Positions 26,201-35,358 of a DNA stretch of 64,000 nucleotides are shown in pieces. The number at the start of each line of letters is the position of its first letter. Positions within the stretch are counted from its first letter, which is position 1. The stretch lies in NCBI GenBank assembly GCA_016906335.1, contig JADEYG010000007.1, positions 2,294,001-2,358,000 of the forward strand, written 5' to 3'. Source of the stretch: Novakomyces olei. Its lineage: Eukaryota. The translations under genes and the position numbers were made by a program. The notes beneath the pieces were generated by a model. It was not told the origin of the DNA. It ran no database searches and saw nothing but the letters and a program-made list of their open reading frames with translations.

Positions 26201-29200
26201 GGGCGCGGTCGGGCAAAACTGACATGAAAGTTGAAACGTCTGTTGAAACGTCTGTTGAAACGTCTGTCCCTTGGGAGATGGGACCGGCAAGCTCGGGCAG
26301 AAGGCGATCTTCTGGCAGGCCGAATAACACTACTGCTCAACGGGTAAATGAAAGGCCGATCGTTGAGAGGGTAATCGATCTGGCAGAGGAATTTACAGGG
26401 TTCCCTCGGCAGAACATTCGGCCAGATTCCAGTTTGGCAGACGATTTGAATATGGACTCGATCAAGCTGAGTGATTTTGTAGTCGCTGCGGCAGTTACAG
26501 CTGGCGTTTCTGCCGAAATTGACATTGGAGACTTTTCCTCTGGCACATTGGGCCAATTAGCAAGTGCCCTTGAAGCCCTGGCTCCGCCCTTGAAGGCTCC
26601 TTCTTCCACGCTACCTGCTCAAGAGCCAGTGCACTCGGCAAAGGAAAAGACCAGCTTCTCTGAAGGCAGTGGACGAATGCTTTCGACACAGGCGATTATC
26701 CGCTGGCTCGTTAGCCGATGTGCTGAAATAACTGGGTTCCCGGAGAACGCAATCGGCCCAGAAAGCCGATTGTTGGATGATTTGAGCTTTGAGTCTATAA
26801 AGGCAGCTGATTTTGTGGAGGAAGCAGCTCGGTTTGTCGGCGCTGATCTCTCAGTCGTCAGTGGGACTAACGACATTGCTAATATGCAGCTCGACGAACT
26901 GGCAAAACTGCTCCACGATAACCAGACACGCCGGGACTCGATGGTTCAGTATTTAATAGATAAAAAATCGTCTGCTGCTCGTCGCCGGTCTTCGGCAATG
27001 TCTGCCGGATCGCAAGTAGCTGCGCTCAATGTCTCTCATGGATTTGCTAATAACAGTGGCAGTATGCCGGCTGCTGCCCGGCAATTGCATACAATTGCAG
27101 ATAGCCCGGCTAGTTCTGCTCCTGAAATTGCCGAGTTTATTGTACAAAAGGCTGCTGATACAACGGGGTTCCCCGTGTCGGCAATCAAACCGGATTCCCG
27201 TCTGCTCGACGATTTGAACATGGACTCTATCAAATCTGTTGACTTTATTGCTGAGGCTTCAACGGACCTTGCTGTGGCCACAACTGCCTTTGATGCTGGA
27301 GAGTTTGCTAATGCTTCTTTACGGGAACTGGCGGAAGAGTTTTCAAAGCACGGAGCCAGAATTGCTGTTGCTACAGCTAATGTAGAGAAACCCGGGGCTG
27401 CCGCACCAGTTTCTCATCCGGCAGTTTCGTTCAAGGACTATAAGCTTTCAGAGGCTTATCACCACAACAACAACAACCACACCACTACTACTCCTACTCA
27501 AGCTCATTATTCTGCTCATCCACGGTCTGAGGCTTCAGTGACGGAAAAGCCGCTTGATCCCAAATCCCGTAGTGTGGAGCCTTCTTTATTGCCTCAGAAA
27601 GCGGACGCTTCTTCCAGGGCCAAAGACAGGGCAAAAGCTGCGGATATCCACTCACGGATTGCAAAGTACCCTGACTGGGTTCGAGACTTTGCTATTCGCT
27701 ATGAGCCAAGGGCACTTTTGCCACAGGAAAAGCAGCAGTCTTCAACGCTTTCAGCTTCTTTGGCAAACAAGGATTTGGGCTCTAGCAATTTCGATGCCAG
27801 CAAGCAAAAAATTTTGTTTATATCTGACGGAGAGGATAGTGCGACACTCGGCTCACTAGCGGCAAAGTTTATGATGCTGGGGTCCACCGTGACTCTCAGT
27901 TCATGGAACGAAGCCCGGTCAAAGCTGCCGGCAGACACGAACCATGTAGTGGCAATTTTGCCCAAGATGGAGACGATTGACGATTTTGCATCGGCCACAG
28001 AATCGCTCTGCAGTCTATTACAGCGACTGGCGGCAATTGTAGGCTCTTCCAGGGCGATTAAACAGCTCACGGCTATCGTTCCCGGGCAAGTTTTGTCTCG
28101 AGAAAGTGGATCGCTGCTGCCGACACTGACAACACCGGCTCTCAGCTTTATCAAGAGTGTACAGCTCGAAACTCCACAGTTGTCTACAAATTTAATAGTT
28201 GCCGACAATGCCAAAGTCGTTACGTTTGACGCTCTGTTGAACGAACTGCGATGGCAAAGTTCTCCGTTTTCCGAGATCTACATTGACGCTGCCGGCCAAA
28301 GGTACGAACCAGTAGCGGAAATGCTGGACGACGAAACCTTTGTGTCCCGCCGTATTGACTGGGACGAGGATGACGTCATTGTCGTTACTGGTGGAGCCAA
28401 AGGTATTACGGCGGAATGCGTGTTGCAATTGGCTAAAACTGTACGCACTAAATTTGCTCTTGTCGGCAGCAGTCCCGCTTCACCCGCTTCGGACCGCACA
28501 TTAGAGCAGTTACGCAGCTCTGGCATTACTGCCGCTTATTTTGCTTGTGATTTAGCCGACAGTGGGGCAGTGGGCGATGTGGTGGAGGCAATTGCTCAGC
28601 AGTTGGGTGAGCCAACCGCCGTCATTCACGGGGCGGGTAAGAATTCCAATAGGTTTGCAAAAAACAGCAGTGTTGCCGATGCCATTGACGAAATGGGACC
28701 CAAATTGTTTGGCATTTACAACCTGCTCAGTGCAATTGCCACTCCGCTCAAACTAATCGTGGCCCTAACCTCTATCATTGGCGTCAGTGGCATGGCGGGT
28801 AATGCGTGGTACGCGTTTGCTAATGCCAGTGTCGAGTTTCAGCTCGAATCTTACCGCAGGGACAATGCGGAAACACAGACAATGTGCATTGCCTACAGCG
28901 TGTGGGATGACGTGGGCATGGGAGTGCGGATGGGGTCGATAGACAAACTCGGTAAAATGGGCATCGGCGCTATCCCCGCCGTAGATGGGATAAACCAGTT
29001 TGTAAATCTTGTTCTGGGCACACCCCCACGTAAGTCGACGGATTTGGTAGTCGTAACGGCACGTGTTGCGGGGCTGCCCACGTGGCCAACCCCTGCATTC
29101 CATCCCAATTCTGTCTACCTGGACGATACTGTTGTGGGGTACCCCGGGATTGAGCTGGTATCCCGCACACGGATCACTTTTGCCGACGATCCTTATGTGC

Positions 29201-30735
29201 TTGAGCATGTCTACAAGGGCACTGCGCTGTTTGCTACCGTCTTTGGACTGGAGGCAATGGCTCAGGCGGCCATTACCCTGTTGCAACGGCCAGCTTCAGC
29301 GACTTCCGATGCTGATGGAGACAAGAGTGGAGAAAAATTTAGAGTATCTCGTATAGAAAATATCCGGCTGGATCGGCCGTTGATCGTTACGTCCAAGGGT
29401 CTGGAGATGGAGACGTATGCGCGTCTGCAAAGGCAGACTTCAGCTACAGCAGTGGTCGATTGCCAGTTACGGTGTGAGAGTTCTGCCTTTCGCACTCCTC
29501 ATTTCTCTGCTACTTTTGTGCTGGAAAAAGTGCAGGAGGACGATGGAGTGGACAATGTACACGCTGAAGCCAGTGAGCACCTTGAGCCTGGCCAATTGCT
29601 TGATATTGACCCCAAATGCGACCTGTACGGCAGCGGCATTTTGTTCCAGCAGGGCCGATTCCAAAAGCTGCAGGGCATTTTTGCTCTGGACGACTCGAGC
29701 ATTACTTTTAAAACGTACGCAGATGCCTATACGGATGGTAGGAAGAACGTGCTCGGCGATCCCTTTTGCCGGGACGTTTTGCTCCAGAGTACGGCAATTC
29801 TGCAGTCAAAAGTGGACGCTTTACCCGTAAGTATTGCCAGTATCGAGCTGGGCCGACTGGCTCTGGCTGGTGGGCCTCGTATCGCAGAAACGAGGCTTGA
29901 ATCCGTGCAAGATCGCAATATTACGGTCACTATTGTCAGCCGAGATGCCGAGTCGGGAGCCGTTGCGGAAGTCATGAGCGGCTATACTTGCCGAATCCTG
30001 AGTGAGCGGCCGGATTACCCGATGGCTTCGGAGCTGGTTGATCCTATCACGAGCGACGGCCGGCGTGTAAATGCCCTGATAGCCAATAGCAAGCTGACGG
30101 GTATTGCCGCCAAACTGGACTGGAATCGCGGATTTTCCCGTTTAAATAGGGCCGAACGGCATTTGCAAGAATCTGCGCTTGTTGCTCGTGCTCTGCCTGG
30201 AGCCTCTTTGGCGTGGCAGGAAAGGCGGCCAGTTCTGCAAGGCGGAAAGCCCCAGGCCGACTCTATTTCTATTACCCACAGCGGCGATTACTTGATCGCT
30301 GCCTTGGGAAATCGGCCTCTTGGCTGTGACTTGGAGCGAGTAGGCAAACGGACTCGTGAGCATTGGCTGTCTATTCTGCCGTCGTGTGTCCACCAAGTTT
30401 TGCAGGCAAATACGGAGCACTCTCCCCTCAAACGCCGAGACTCTGGGCAGCAAGAATTGAGCCTTATTGCTACACAGCTGTGGTGTGCTCTGGAGGCCTA
30501 TTACAAGCTGACAAATGTGGCCGCTGGTGCCGATGCCCAAGTCGCCATTGTGTCTGAGCAGCTGGAGAAGGATAAAGACGGCCAAAGCAATACACCCTCA
30601 TCAACCAGAGGGAAAGTCAATCCTCAGGGGCCATTGCGCCTGCGTATAAACGAGGCACAGGTCTGGTCATGGCCGATTCATATGGCACGAGAGGGTAAAC
30701 ACGTGTTTGCTCTCGCCGTGTTTGCCCACTCGTAG
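23248..30735 (+). CDS. Enediyne-type (PksE-like) iterative type I polyketide synthase, KS-AT-ACP-ACP-ACP-KR-DH-PPTase, ~2495 aa, intronless
   Basis: KS triad GACSSS (Cys 23965), EGHGTGT, GHTKAAAG. AT GQGSQ, GHSLG (Ser 25414), NGFHS. Three ACPs with LxDDLx(M/F)(D/E)SIK. KR TGGAKGIT and YAFAN. DH HVYKG and RDVLLQ. PPTase SITHS, GCDLE, WCALEAYYK. First in-frame ATG at 23248. Confidence 0.93.
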   Translation: MANFGASFSAGASTGASSNNPGNSDGIAVVGIGLRYPGASTLAEFWANVLARRQQFRLIPDERMPLSMYYDPNPRAPDMTYGNRGAFIDGWAFDLLAHKINKSTFETTDMAHWLALDVAGQALRDAGYVKHDASDEAAAERASRTGVILGNTLTGDAFRSNLMRLRWPHVKRALLLTEYVRSLPTPALQDFLKEAEDAFKAGFPPTAEDFLSGNLSNTIAGRICNHYDFGAGGYVIDGACSSSLLAVCHGASALSSGEMDMCLVGGVDLSIDPFEIIGFAKTKALSPDEMRVYDERGNGFIPGEGCGFVVLKRMRDALREGDHIYAQVAGWSMSSDGKSAITAPKAPGQARAISRAYDRARNLLPRQIAFVEGHGTGTRVGDRVEIAGQALVFNTDPNVKSRQTGMTSLKSILGHTKAAAGIGAFIKTVMAVNRRVCPPTAGCERVNPFFLDREAQALFPQRYGYVGSGAFHAGVSAMGFGGINSHVLVSSVGEEPSPRLSLDNGIGERAAMVSHQPAELFLFAAESIAELTEQLQHWAAIAQRIAVAEMVDLSRHLITNLSTSGTGYRAAVVATTPAQLSADLLDFAQSIQNEFYVPGELVRKGPNKLLACMTMMTSESSNSYPSVGFLYPGQGSQSVGMARMLIERFAWARGLAESLVPRKVWDTAFPDLNHIMDKEGLAAANRELSRTDVAQPAICLASILWTIWLEKLGVRPSAVSGHSLGELSAFFAAGRLDAESVLRLAELRGRLMADLTTESAMIALGCDATAAQALLQPLQSSGFAALANINSFKQVVVSCGVEMVTVILERAAASGIKAKRLPVSNGFHSELVREAANQLRAAEPHLKSRHGVNDKDKTILYSSVTASPAEASMNHFAEHVMHQVDFVAMARALANKCDTIIEVGPGRVLTGLCDDILSASPSVSVMPIEAAANDASHMLVMGMLFVRGVPINLPALFEGRIVRPFVPAHEKIFIINPAERAAIARARSGKTDMKVETSVETSVETSVPWEMGPASSGRRRSSGRPNNTTAQRVNERPIVERVIDLAEEFTGFPRQNIRPDSSLADDLNMDSIKLSDFVVAAAVTAGVSAEIDIGDFSSGTLGQLASALEALAPPLKAPSSTLPAQEPVHSAKEKTSFSEGSGRMLSTQAIIRWLVSRCAEITGFPENAIGPESRLLDDLSFESIKAADFVEEAARFVGADLSVVSGTNDIANMQLDELAKLLHDNQTRRDSMVQYLIDKKSSAARRRSSAMSAGSQVAALNVSHGFANNSGSMPAAARQLHTIADSPASSAPEIAEFIVQKAADTTGFPVSAIKPDSRLLDDLNMDSIKSVDFIAEASTDLAVATTAFDAGEFANASLRELAEEFSKHGARIAVATANVEKPGAAAPVSHPAVSFKDYKLSEAYHHNNNNHTTTTPTQAHYSAHPRSEASVTEKPLDPKSRSVEPSLLPQKADASSRAKDRAKAADIHSRIAKYPDWVRDFAIRYEPRALLPQEKQQSSTLSASLANKDLGSSNFDASKQKILFISDGEDSATLGSLAAKFMMLGSTVTLSSWNEARSKLPADTNHVVAILPKMETIDDFASATESLCSLLQRLAAIVGSSRAIKQLTAIVPGQVLSRESGSLLPTLTTPALSFIKSVQLETPQLSTNLIVADNAKVVTFDALLNELRWQSSPFSEIYIDAAGQRYEPVAEMLDDETFVSRRIDWDEDDVIVVTGGAKGITAECVLQLAKTVRTKFALVGSSPASPASDRTLEQLRSSGITAAYFACDLADSGAVGDVVEAIAQQLGEPTAVIHGAGKNSNRFAKNSSVADAIDEMGPKLFGIYNLLSAIATPLKLIVALTSIIGVSGMAGNAWYAFANASVEFQLESYRRDNAETQTMCIAYSVWDDVGMGVRMGSIDKLGKMGIGAIPAVDGINQFVNLVLGTPPRKSTDLVVVTARVAGLPTWPTPAFHPNSVYLDDTVVGYPGIELVSRTRITFADDPYVLEHVYKGTALFATVFGLEAMAQAAITLLQRPASATSDADGDKSGEKFRVSRIENIRLDRPLIVTSKGLEMETYARLQRQTSATAVVDCQLRCESSAFRTPHFSATFVLEKVQEDDGVDNVHAEASEHLEPGQLLDIDPKCDLYGSGILFQQGRFQKLQGIFALDDSSITFKTYADAYTDGRKNVLGDPFCRDVLLQSTAILQSKVDALPVSIASIELGRLALAGGPRIAETRLESVQDRNITVTIVSRDAESGAVAEVMSGYTCRILSERPDYPMASELVDPITSDGRRVNALIANSKLTGIAAKLDWNRGFSRLNRAERHLQESALVARALPGASLAWQERRPVLQGGKPQADSISITHSGDYLIAALGNRPLGCDLERVGKRTREHWLSILPSCVHQVLQANTEHSPLKRRDSGQQELSLIATQLWCALEAYYKLTNVAAGADAQVAIVSEQLEKDKDGQSNTPSSTRGKVNPQGPLRLRINEAQVWSWPIHMAREGKHVFALAVFAHS

Positions 30736-31724
30736 CTGGATCTGGTTGGTTACATTTTGGTTTGATTTGATTTGCTGTTTATTATCGCTTTACTGCTACT
30801 GTTTTTCTAGAGATCAGGATTCAAGGGTCTGGATTATGGGCAATGAATGGCTCTCATGTGTAACTACGCTGTGAGTGGTGGTCGAGCACTTTATTGTTTA
30901 TATACTTGTTTAGTCAATTTTGTATACTGGTTATTAATTAATTAATCGTTGTTTGCCTATAGTGCCGACGTGGGAACGTGTAAAAATAATATAGACTGTC
31001 GCCTGCTGATCTGTACTTCATCATGTAAATGCCGACAATGAGGTCGAGAATAATGCGTATGTATTTGCAAGGCAAAACATCAATACTGATCCTGTGTTTT
31101 TGTAGGCAAATACGCCGACCATTTAGAATGCATATCGTGTGAATATTCCTCAGAGCTTTACTCGGCACTCCTCAGTCTTGAACATTGGCGTATTTATTAG
31201 TGTGTTTATATATACTGTGGTTTTTATAGGCTTTTGTAGGCTTTAATAGCAATTTAGTAATAAATATTGTTTCGCTATTATACAAATCATAGACCCGGCA
31301 ATACTTACTCCCTGTGCCGTAGTCCCTAATGCGGGTAGCTCTTTATCGAGGCTGTTTAAAAAGCCAATAGGCTCGAAATCCGGCAATTAAGGTAGCGACA
31401 AAGACTGTCCGACTCGTACAGAAAGCTAGAGCAACAATAAACAGACAGAAAAAACCGACAAAATTAAATCCCAGAGAGCAGGCGACAAGACGCAAATCAC
31501 AGTTTCGGGCAGGTCGCAGAGTCTAGACGGTTGTTCATTTAATAGTATACTTGTGTGTGTATACCGGTATCGTATGCACACAAACTTACTTGTCATTTTC
31601 GGAAATTACCTTCAGATATGCGACCCGCATCCTTATCTTTGACAGGTAAAAGAAATATAAATATCGCCAGCCGAAAATTATACAAAATAAACTGCCTCCT
31701 GCGTGGCAGGCCGATACCGCCGTC

Positions 31725-33375
31725 ATGTACGACACAATTGTCAAGGCAAGTCTCAGCGATAGCGTACACTATACTAAACGTGCAGAACGGGATTATATGC
31801 ACTGCTTCAGAAACGTACCCGGCAGATATCGGTATCATTGACGGCCGAATCGCAGCAATTGCACCCAGCTTGACCGGTGCAAGCGCCATTATAGATGCAC
31901 AAGGAGGATATGTGACGGTATGCCTCCAAACTCCGCTTTGCTTTGACTTTTTCACATTTTTGTTTCTGAAAACGTGATACGACTCTTGTTTGTTTTCTAC
32001 ATCATCTACAATGTGTTCTAATTCCATCCAGCCCGGTGGCGTTGATGGCCATGTCCATTTATCGGAACCGTTGAACCTTTTTGGCCAAATGGAGGACGAT
32101 TTCGAAAGCGGCACGCGGAGCGCTGCCGCCGGCGGGACTACAACTATTGTCTCGTTTGTGTCTCAGGACAAGAACGACCGGGAGCCCGGATCGCTTCTTC
32201 GTGCTTTAAAAGGCTTCAAGGATACGGCCACCGATGTCTGCTACTGCGATTACGCAATGCACATGATCCTGGCCGACCCACGCAGCGAGGAGATGCTGGA
32301 TCGGGAACTGCCCCAGCTTACGTCAGCCGGTGTGACAAGTATTAAAATGTACATGACGTATCGGGACCTGCACGTGCGTGATGACATGTTATTGACAGCA
32401 ATGATGATGGCGCGTAAACACGGGGTCACAACAATGCTGCATGCGGAAAACGGAGACGCGATTGAGTGGATGGTGAACGCGTTGGAACGGCAGAATAAAA
32501 TATCGCCCGTGTACCACGCGGTTTCGCGTCCGCCCCTACTGGAAACAGAGGCCACGAATCGCGCTATCGTGCTGGCAGAGCTGATGGACTCACCCGTGCT
32601 GTTTGTACACGTGTCCGCGCCCGGAGCGGCCGCGTGTATTCGCGCGGCCCAGACGCGTGGCCTACAGGTCTTTGCCGAGACGTGTCCCCAGTATGTCGCA
32701 CTAACTGCCGATCATTTACGCGCTCTGCACTGCCACGATCCGTTTGAGGGGGCCAAGTTTGTTTGCTCTCCACCGCCACGTGAGTCGGCAGGAGACCACG
32801 AGGCCATTTGGCAGGGGCTGCGTAATGGCACGTTTACCATTCTCTCGTCCGACCACTGCTCTGCCAAGTACGACGGCGAGGAGGGCAAACGCGTCGCGTT
32901 CCGACACGGCCATAAAGGTGCATTCCGGTACATTCCGAACGGGTGTCCCGGTTTGGAAACGCGGATGCCTCTCATATTCTCCATGGGCGTGAACCAGAAC
33001 CGGTTACCCCTCCAAAAATTTGTGGAGGTGATGTGTACGAATCCGGCAAAACTGTACGGAATGTACCCACGCAAGGGGTCGATCGTTCCGGGCGCGGACG
33101 CGGATCTGGTAGTGTGGTACCGGGATTACAACGGACATCCCACGACCGTGAGAAACGCTAATTTACATCATAATGTTGACTACACACCGTACGAGGGAAT
33201 GGCCCTGTCAAACTGGCCGCGATACACGATCGTACGTGGGCGTGTTGTGTTTTCCGAGGGCAAGATTGTGCCTGAAGCACGTGGGCACGGCATGTACATT
33301 GCGCGGGAGAAGAGCTTGCTTGCAGTGCCGCGTAACGAATGGCTCACCGAGTGGCGGCCGGATTATATAAAGTGA
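31725..33375 (+). CDS. PYD2: Dihydropyrimidinase / D-hydantoinase
   Basis: Exons 31725-31745, 31786-31917, 32032-33375 give MYDTIVKNGIICTASE...PGGVDGHVH, GGTTT, SIKMYMTY, HAENG, AETCPQY, SDHC and NPAKLYG amidohydrolase motifs. Confidence 0.92.
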
Positions 33376-33648
33376 TTTTTATAAATTTAAATAAAAGGCC
33401 TTGTAGAATGTTGTACAATACAAAGGCATCGTTCCAGGTTTCAACGAAAATGAATAAAACACAGTGGAGGCCTTCATTTGTCCTTTGATTGCAATGTAAC
33501 AACAAGGTCCTCTATCGGCAAAGCTATTTGGAGAGGGATAATAAAGATTGAACAATCCGTTGATTAATGAGCTCAATAAACATCTCTAGACTAATAAAAT
33601 CACTATGGTCAGCGGTGGAAGCAATTCGTGTCCTTGAAGATTACGTAT

Positions 33649-34731
33649 TTAATACCCCACACGCCGGTCAACCTTGTTCACCAAAGGCCTGCCGGTAGCA
33701 AGATTGCGTAGATTACGCTCAAAGATATCAAGCAGCCTATCATTGTAAGAATCCGAATTGCCACTCACGTGTGGTGATATGAAAATATTCTTTGCATGCC
33801 AGAGCCGATGATTCTGAGGTAAAGGCTCCGGGTCAGTGACGTCAACGGCGGCACCGCGAATCTCGCCAGATTCCAGTGCGTCGTACAGCGCGTCAGAATC
33901 CACAGTGGGCCCGCGCCCAACGTTACTTAGGAACGGGTTGCCATGCTGACTCATGATGCTGAATTGTTTACGGCCAAACAGTCCGTGTGTCAAGTCCGTA
34001 AGCGGCAAAGCCACCACGATAATGTCAAACTTTTCGTGCAGGAACGCGTCGATTGCGTCACGGGACTCACCGTGGAACCAACGGTCCGGCAATTCGCCCG
34101 TCACATCGCCTAATCCCTCAACGGAATACGCGTCGTCCCGACGCGATTCAGGGGTAGCGCGCTCGCGTAAAGTGTACACGTCCACGCTCATACCAAAAGC
34201 CTTTGCCAATCGCGCACACTGCCGTCCAATGCCGCCATACCCAAGAATGCCCATTCGCAATCCCACGCAATCCTCCACGCCTTCATCATTGTCGGCCGCT
34301 AGCCAATGGCCCGTGCGCATTGCGTCACGGTAAAGGAACGTGTGATGATTGAAATTCATAAAGGTCATAAACACCCATTCCGCGATTTGCGGGCCGTGAA
34401 TGCCGTTCGCTGTACAAAGCGCGACTTTAGTATCATTAAACAAATCATAAGCTTTCACGTGATTGCACCCGGCCGAGTTTAACTGCACGTAGCGTAAACG
34501 AGGAGCTTGATCTCGCGATTCGGGGAACAATGACTGTGTCAGCACGATTGTAACATCCCGCCATACGGACTCTGCCGCGTCTGGCTCGCGTCCAATCAAT
34601 TTGGGATAATGCTCGACTTCGAGACCGGGGAATTCGGCTTTTAATCGGTCCACGTACTCATCGGACGGGAACCACGGCAAAGCGATCACCGCTTTTTCGC
34701 CTTGAAGCGTGGGGTTCGCTGATTTTGTCAT
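33649..34731 (-). CDS. D-isomer-specific 2-hydroxyacid dehydrogenase (NAD-binding)
   Basis: GILGYGGIG Rossmann motif, LPLT, NVGRG, DVTDPEPLP, SPHVSG. Intronless. Confidence 0.93.
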   Translation of the reverse strand: MTKSANPTLQGEKAVIALPWFPSDEYVDRLKAEFPGLEVEHYPKLIGREPDAAESVWRDVTIVLTQSLFPESRDQAPRLRYVQLNSAGCNHVKAYDLFNDTKVALCTANGIHGPQIAEWVFMTFMNFNHHTFLYRDAMRTGHWLAADNDEGVEDCVGLRMGILGYGGIGRQCARLAKAFGMSVDVYTLRERATPESRRDDAYSVEGLGDVTGELPDRWFHGESRDAIDAFLHEKFDIIVVALPLTDLTHGLFGRKQFSIMSQHGNPFLSNVGRGPTVDSDALYDALESGEIRGAAVDVTDPEPLPQNHRLWHAKNIFISPHVSGNSDSYNDRLLDIFERNLRNLATGRPLVNKVDRRVGY

Positions 34732-35358
34732 TTTCGCGCGCTTAAACTTGGTGATAGAATTATGCGCGATATAAAGGTTGCGAATTTACGCTGCCAGGCC
34801 AGGTCAGGTCTGGTGGGATTCGGACACAATTCTGAGCTTTTCGCTACAGGTCTCGACGCAATTGCTTAGCGTTCGTTAAAAAGACTATCAGATCATAGCG
34901 TACAAAGCTCGCACGGGATCGAGTTCTATATGGGATACTGCTCAGTTCTTATCTTTTGCTATATGAACGATTAATACTAGCCAATCATTCATTCGTTGGC
35001 TGCGAATCTTTGTACAGCGAATTGATATCAAATTAAGTAATGGATAAAGATCAATAGAATATCATGATTTGCAGGCGACTAATATTTAGAGCAAATTATA
35101 TTTTTATAAACATTATGGCCGCAGAATAACTGTAAAAAAATGAAATAAACAAGAAAAATAAATTGGCGTAAAGATTATGTACAAGACAAGTCTATAATGA
35201 CGCACCCTTTTTCGATGGCATTTGAACATCTTTTATCTCTATCTGATCTTCTATTCGTCCAAAGTCTCCAGCTATGTATGAGCTCGCTAGACGATTCGAA
35301 TCCAAGTCTCAAAATTTCAGTCGAGACTAGCCTAAGACATTTTTTTACTTGCTCTAAA

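Noticed and set aside
23248-30735. Alternative calls for the PKS: PUFA synthase PfaA or standard fungal HR-PKS
   Set aside because: No ER or MT domain and the wrong domain order for an HR-PKS. The C-terminal PPTase, PksE-type KS motifs and absence of pfaB/C/D-like genes argue against PfaA.
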